Of a DNA stretch of 32,000 bases, positions 28,461-32,000 are shown in pieces. Every line of letters starts with the position of its first letter. Position 1 is the stretch's first letter. The stretch is from Synechocystis sp. PCC 6803 substr. PCC-P. Lineage in GTDB: Bacteria > Cyanobacteriota > Cyanobacteriia > Cyanobacteriales > Microcystaceae. The DNA is taken from the NCBI RefSeq assembly GCF_000284455.1, contig NC_017039.1, forward strand, positions 1,260,001 to 1,292,000, given 5' to 3'. The notes beneath the pieces are model-generated. The model worked only from the letters and a program-made list of their open reading frames with translations. It had not been told where the DNA came from and made no database searches. A program made the translations under genes and the position numbers.

Positions 28461-29426
28461 CTAGGCTTTCCCCGTGTAGATATGTAAGGGTTCTTTGACA
28501 AAGCGAATGTAAAAGTGTTTGAACGTGGAACGCAACACCCTAGGCAGGCCAAAATCAATGGGCATCAACACTTCCGGTAGTTTCCAATTATCTACCACTA
28601 ACTCCCGGGGATGGGATAAGGGAAAGGTCAATTCAGCCGCAGTGGGATTTAGTCCTAGGCGCTCCTGGGCCGCCATGGTGGGAATAGTAGCGGGGTCTAG
28701 TTGCAAAATATCGGTAATAACAAAATCCAAGGCAAACACGTCGGGGCTAGCGGCCAATAACCCCACTTCCCTGGGGTCGCCGTGCATGGGGCCATTGCCT
28801 TCATGGGCCATAATGCCATCCAAAATACTCAAATCCGGGGCGATCGCCTTGGCCGTTTCCACCAGCATTTCCCCAAAGCGATTCGCATCTTTGCCCGCCT
28901 CCATATGCCACCAAGCTTTCATTTTGCCGGGGACGCAACCGAATAAATTTTTAACCCCCATGGTCATGGTCAATTGGGCATGGGACTTGAGTTTGGGCAG
29001 GTTAATCACCACATCCGCATCCATGGCCTCCTTGGACAAGCGCAAATGGTTAAAACTATCACTATCGGTGGCGTAGCGTCCCCCTCGGAATTCCACAATG
29101 GGAATGTCTAACGCTTGCAACAGAGGTAAGTAACCGTTATTTTCTGCCACGCCCCGAGCCGAACCAAACGCAGGACTGTCCCCCATGAAAGGTTTACCGC
29201 CCGCTTCCTGCACCAGTTGGGCCACGGCGGCCACCACTTCGGGGCGGGTAATACATTCTCTGCCCGGCCGATTGCCAGTCAACAAATTGGGCTTCAGCAA
29301 AACCCGATCGCCTGGTTTGACGAAGTTGCCCATGCCCCCCAAGGGTTCGAGTAAAGTTCTTAGGGAAGCCAGCAAACTGCCCGCTTCGTAGGATTGGGAC
29401 CGGAGCAAGCTAACGGATTTGACCAT
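28461..29426 (-). CDS. DUF362-domain protein
   Basis: The N-terminal 'VKPGDRVLLKPNLL' motif and overall length fit DUF362. Confidence 0.65.
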   Translation of the reverse strand: MVKSVSLLRSQSYEAGSLLASLRTLLEPLGGMGNFVKPGDRVLLKPNLLTGNRPGRECITRPEVVAAVAQLVQEAGGKPFMGDSPAFGSARGVAENNGYLPLLQALDIPIVEFRGGRYATDSDSFNHLRLSKEAMDADVVINLPKLKSHAQLTMTMGVKNLFGCVPGKMKAWWHMEAGKDANRFGEMLVETAKAIAPDLSILDGIMAHEGNGPMHGDPREVGLLAASPDVFALDFVITDILQLDPATIPTMAAQERLGLNPTAAELTFPLSHPRELVVDNWKLPEVLMPIDFGLPRVLRSTFKHFYIRFVKEPLHIYTGKA

Positions 29427-29506
29427 GGTGGCGGAGGTTGATTGTAAACAAATATGAATATAAACCTATTCCCGATTCTAGTCACATCCGGCTCAAGATG
29501 CCAATT

Positions 29507-29535
29507 TTGGGGACAATTTTTGCTAAGGCTACAAT
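29507..29535 (+). promoter_or_regulatory. Candidate sigma70-type promoter for the DUF29 array
   Basis: TTGGGG (29507-29512), a 17-nt spacer, then TACAAT (29530-29535), about 32 nt upstream of the first DUF29 ATG. This is sequence pattern only. Confidence 0.3.
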
Positions 29536-29567
29536 GAAGCTTAAGACAAATGATTGAGGAAGGTTGC

Positions 29568-30029
29568 ATGGTTGCTGAACTCCGCAAAACCAATACAAAT
29601 CTTTATGAGACAGACTACAATCTTTGGGTTTTAGAAACTGTCGCCAAGTTGAAAAGTCGAGACTTGGATGGTCTAGATTGGGACAATTTAATTGAGGAGG
29701 TGGAGGATTTGAGTCGGCGCGACAAAAAAAAGCTTAAAAGTCTTTTACGTCTACTGTGTGAACATCTTCTTAAACTCACATATTGGCAATCTGAGCTTCA
29801 AAGGAATGAAGGCCATTGGAGGAGAGAAATTCGTAATTTCCGGAAACAGATTAATGAAGAGTTAGAAAGTAGTCCAAGTTTACGAAACTATCTTAGTGAC
29901 ATCTTTGATAAATGTTATCGTGATGGGAGAGAATTGGCTGCTGACCAATCCGAACTTCCTCTCAGCATCTTTCCCGAACACCCCATTGCTACCCTTGAGC
30001 AGGTACTGGATGAAGATTGGTTGCCCTAG
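29568..30029 (+). CDS. DUF29-family protein, array copy 1 (153 aa)
   Basis: The start is set at MVAELRKTN by homology with the three paralogs, with GAGGAAGG upstream. DUF29-like motifs: LYETDYNLW, LDW.NLIEEV, EHLLKL.YW, SPSL and FPE.PIATLEQVLDEDWLP. Confidence 0.8.
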   Translation: MVAELRKTNTNLYETDYNLWVLETVAKLKSRDLDGLDWDNLIEEVEDLSRRDKKKLKSLLRLLCEHLLKLTYWQSELQRNEGHWRREIRNFRKQINEELESSPSLRNYLSDIFDKCYRDGRELAADQSELPLSIFPEHPIATLEQVLDEDWLP

Positions 30030-30151
30030 GCGCACCGCGTAGCGGATCTCTGCGAGATCGCCAGATAATTCATTTCGATTTATAGATGGTACTACCATTG
30101 ATTGGGTAGAAGCTAGAATAAAATTTACAACTAATTAACGAGGTCAACACT
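30030..30151 (+). repeat. 122-nt array spacer, copy A (near-identical to 31165-31286)
   Basis: By hand alignment there are 3 mismatches in 122 nt against copy B. It contains the hairpin GGATCTC-TGC-GAGATC and a TAGAAT box. Confidence 0.9.
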
Positions 30152-30628
30152 ATGGTTGCTGAACTCCGCAAAACAAATCAAAATCTTTATGAGACAGATT
30201 ACAATCTTTGGGTTTTAGAAACTGTTGTCAAACTAAAAAATAAAGATTTAGATAATCTGGATTGGGAGAATTTAATTGAGGAGGTAGAGGATTTGAGTCG
30301 GCGGGATAAAAAAAAGCTCAAAAGTCTTTTGAGGTTATTATTTGAACATTTATTAAAATTGTCCTATTGGAAAAGTGAGGAGCAGAACAATCGTAATCAT
30401 TGGGAGGCCGAGATTATTAATTTTCGTCAATTGATTGAGGATGAATTAGCAGATAGTCCTAGTCTCAAAGTTTATTTGCAAGAAATTTGGCAAGAATGTT
30501 ACCAGTATGGGCGCAAGATCGCGGCTAAGCGTTCTCAACTTCCCCTCAGTACATTTCCAGAGGAACCCATTGCTACCCTTGAACAAATATTGAATGAAGA
30601 TTGGTTGCCCTATGCGATCGCCAGATAA
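30152..30628 (+). CDS. DUF29-family protein, array copy 2 (158 aa)
   Basis: Paralog of copy 1. The C-terminus is extended by YAIAR because TAT replaces the TAG stop seen in copies 1 and 3. Confidence 0.8.
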   Translation: MVAELRKTNQNLYETDYNLWVLETVVKLKNKDLDNLDWENLIEEVEDLSRRDKKKLKSLLRLLFEHLLKLSYWKSEEQNNRNHWEAEIINFRQLIEDELADSPSLKVYLQEIWQECYQYGRKIAAKRSQLPLSTFPEEPIATLEQILNEDWLPYAIAR

Positions 30629-30702
30629 TGAGGCAAATCGTGTGCCCACTCATTGAGTGGAAGCTAAAATAAGATTGACGATTAATCATTTGGGAAAACA
30701 GC
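30629..30702 (+). repeat. Degenerate, shortened copy of the array spacer
   Basis: Shares CATTGA.TGG.AGCTA.AATAA.ATT.AC.A.TAAT with spacers A and B, but lacks the 5' hairpin part. Confidence 0.6.
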
Positions 30703-31164
30703 ATGGTTGCCGAACTCCGCAAAACTAATACAAGTCTTTATGAGACGGATTACAATCTTTGGATTCTAGAAACCGTACAAAAGTTGCAATGCCGAGATTT
30801 AGAGAATCTAGACTGGGAATATTTGATTGAGGAGGTATTAAGCTTGAGTCGGCGAGATAGGCACAAACTAGCTAGTTTGCTAACCAGACTATTCGAGCAT
30901 TTATTAAAGTTGGGCTATTGGCATTCAGAAAAAGAAAGAAACCGAAACCATTGGAGGCGAGAAATTCGCAATTTTCGTCTTCAAATTGACCGATTGCTAA
31001 GTGACAGCCCAAGCCTAAAACCTTATTTGTCAGAGATTTTTGATAAATGTTACAAAAATGGCATAAGTTTAGCTTCTGATAGTTCGGGCTTATCGATTGA
31101 AAATTTTCCCGAACAACCCATTGCTACCTTTGAACAAGTACTGGATGAAGATTGGTTGCCCTAG
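30703..31164 (+). CDS. DUF29-family protein, array copy 3 (153 aa)
   Basis: Paralog. Shares HWRREIRNFR, IFDKCY and the TAG stop context with copy 1. Confidence 0.8.
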   Translation: MVAELRKTNTSLYETDYNLWILETVQKLQCRDLENLDWEYLIEEVLSLSRRDRHKLASLLTRLFEHLLKLGYWHSEKERNRNHWRREIRNFRLQIDRLLSDSPSLKPYLSEIFDKCYKNGISLASDSSGLSIENFPEQPIATFEQVLDEDWLP

Positions 31165-31286
31165 GCGCACCGCGCAGCGGATCTCTGCGAGATCGCCAGA
31201 TAATTCATTTCGATTTATAGATGGTATTACCATTGATTGGGTAGAAGCTAGAATAAAATTTACAACTAATCAACGAGGTCAACACT
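31165..31286 (+). repeat. 122-nt array spacer, copy B
   Basis: See copy A. Confidence 0.9.
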
Positions 31287-31751
31287 ATGGTTGCTGAACT
31301 CCACAAAACCAATACAAATCTTTATGAGACAGATTACAATCTTTGGGTTTTAGAAACTGTTGCTAAACTTAAAAATCAAGACTTGGATGCTCTAGATTGG
31401 GAAAATTTAATTGAGGAGGTAGAAGATTTGAGTCGGCGCGATAAACATAAATTACAAAGTCTTCTCAATCATATTTTTGAACATCTCCTTTTGATTGTTT
31501 ACTGGCAAGCAGAATTTATCCGGAATCAAGGGCATTGGGAAAGGAAAATCTTGAATTTCCGCCTACAGCTTCTCCAGGTGTTAGAGGATAATCCGAGTTT
31601 ACGTAACTATGCAAGAGACTATTTAGTGGAGGGGTACAAAAAAGGTAGAAAATTAGCAGCTAAACATTCTCAACTTCCCCTCAGTAAATTTCCAGAGGAG
31701 CCCATTGCTACCCTTGAACAAGTACTGGATGAAGATTGGTTGCCACAGTAG
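31287..31751 (+). CDS. DUF29-family protein, array copy 4 (154 aa)
   Basis: Paralog. The 5' 75 nt are nearly identical to copies 1 and 2, and the 3' SQLPLSKFPEEPIATLEQVLDEDWLP block is nearly identical to copy 2. Confidence 0.8.
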   Translation: MVAELHKTNTNLYETDYNLWVLETVAKLKNQDLDALDWENLIEEVEDLSRRDKHKLQSLLNHIFEHLLLIVYWQAEFIRNQGHWERKILNFRLQLLQVLEDNPSLRNYARDYLVEGYKKGRKLAAKHSQLPLSKFPEEPIATLEQVLDEDWLPQ

Positions 31752-31891
31752 TCTTTAAATGGGGTCGTCATTTGGTCAGTCTTGGAAAGAGACTCTGTTA
31801 AGGTTAAGTTTTTTTGAGGACACGTTTCGCCTAAGTAAATTTGAAGCATGATATTAGAATATATGATTTTACTCGTAATAACTAAAGATTT

Positions 31892-32000
31892 ATGACTCAA
31901 ACTGAGATTATTAAGTTACACATTGGCGGCAAAGAAGTCTCCCCTGAATGGAGGATTGTTGATGTTTTAGATCGTCCAGAGGTTGATTATGTTTGCAATG
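31892..32000 (+). CDS. 5' end of an ORF running off the window (possibly methyltransferase-like)
   Basis: The ATG at 31892 gives MTQTEIIKLHIGGKEVSPEWRIVDVLDRPEVDYVCN. The 'KLHIGG......W..VD' pattern vaguely resembles the N-terminus of class I SAM methyltransferases. Only 36 codons are visible. Confidence 0.25.
   Translation, partial: MTQTEIIKLHIGGKEVSPEWRIVDVLDRPEVDYVCN

Noticed and set aside
29880-30098. Antisense and cross-junction ORFs over the DUF29 array (72 aa at 29880-30098, 67 aa at 30446-30649, and 66 aa on the + strand at 31097-31297).
   Set aside because: They are not conserved in position or frame between the equivalent repeats. Their apparent similarity (…GQPIFIQYL.KGSNG…) is simply the reverse translation of the conserved DUF29 C-terminus.
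29568-31751. The possibility that the ~550-584-bp periodic repeats are a CRISPR array or a satellite.
   Set aside because: The repeat units are full-length protein-coding genes with intact frames, start codons and SD-like boxes. There are no short direct repeats alternating with unique spacers anywhere in the window.
1-32000. A search for tRNA, rRNA, tmRNA or RNase P-like sequences in the intergenic regions.
   Set aside because: I could see no cloverleaf-compatible segments or rRNA-like conserved blocks. The intergenic regions are short (mostly under 280 bp). A covariance-model scan is still needed to be sure.

Overview
The window looks like chromosomal DNA from a Synechocystis sp. PCC 6803-type unicellular cyanobacterium. 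This is inferred from three things: the octamer GCGATCGC (HIP1) is scattered through most genes, gyrB is interrupted by a 435-aa intein, and the gene content matches. No database search was possible.

Most of the window is housekeeping:
- hupE behind a cobalamin riboswitch
- ispG
- intein-containing gyrB
- psbY
- metF
- an ArnT-like glycosyltransferase
- a class-V PLP cysteine/cystine lyase
- a Tab2-like protein
- two SDRs and a DUF427 protein
- a divergent NarL-type response regulator / MASE1-GAF histidine kinase pair, probably Rre17/Hik16
- sppA-ycf51
- an alpha/beta hydrolase
- hemA
- an orphan peptide-type solute-binding lipoprotein and a DUF362 protein

Four visibly AT-richer, HIP1-poor insertions stand out:
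1. The gyrB intein, which carries an HNH homing endonuclease.
2. An orphan Dam-type m6A methyltransferase.
3. An adjacent 871-bp IS5-family element with a 3-bp target duplication.
4. A tandem array of four DUF29-family paralogs at the 3' end.

The DUF29 array is the most unusual structure. Its gene ends and two of its three spacers are nearly identical at nucleotide level, while the gene cores are mosaically diversified.

A translationally coupled small-protein/HNH-nuclease bicistron downstream of gyrB is a second candidate for an uncharacterised toxin-antitoxin or defence-like module.

I saw no rRNA, tRNA or CRISPR array. All family assignments come from motif recognition by eye and need HMM/BLAST confirmation.
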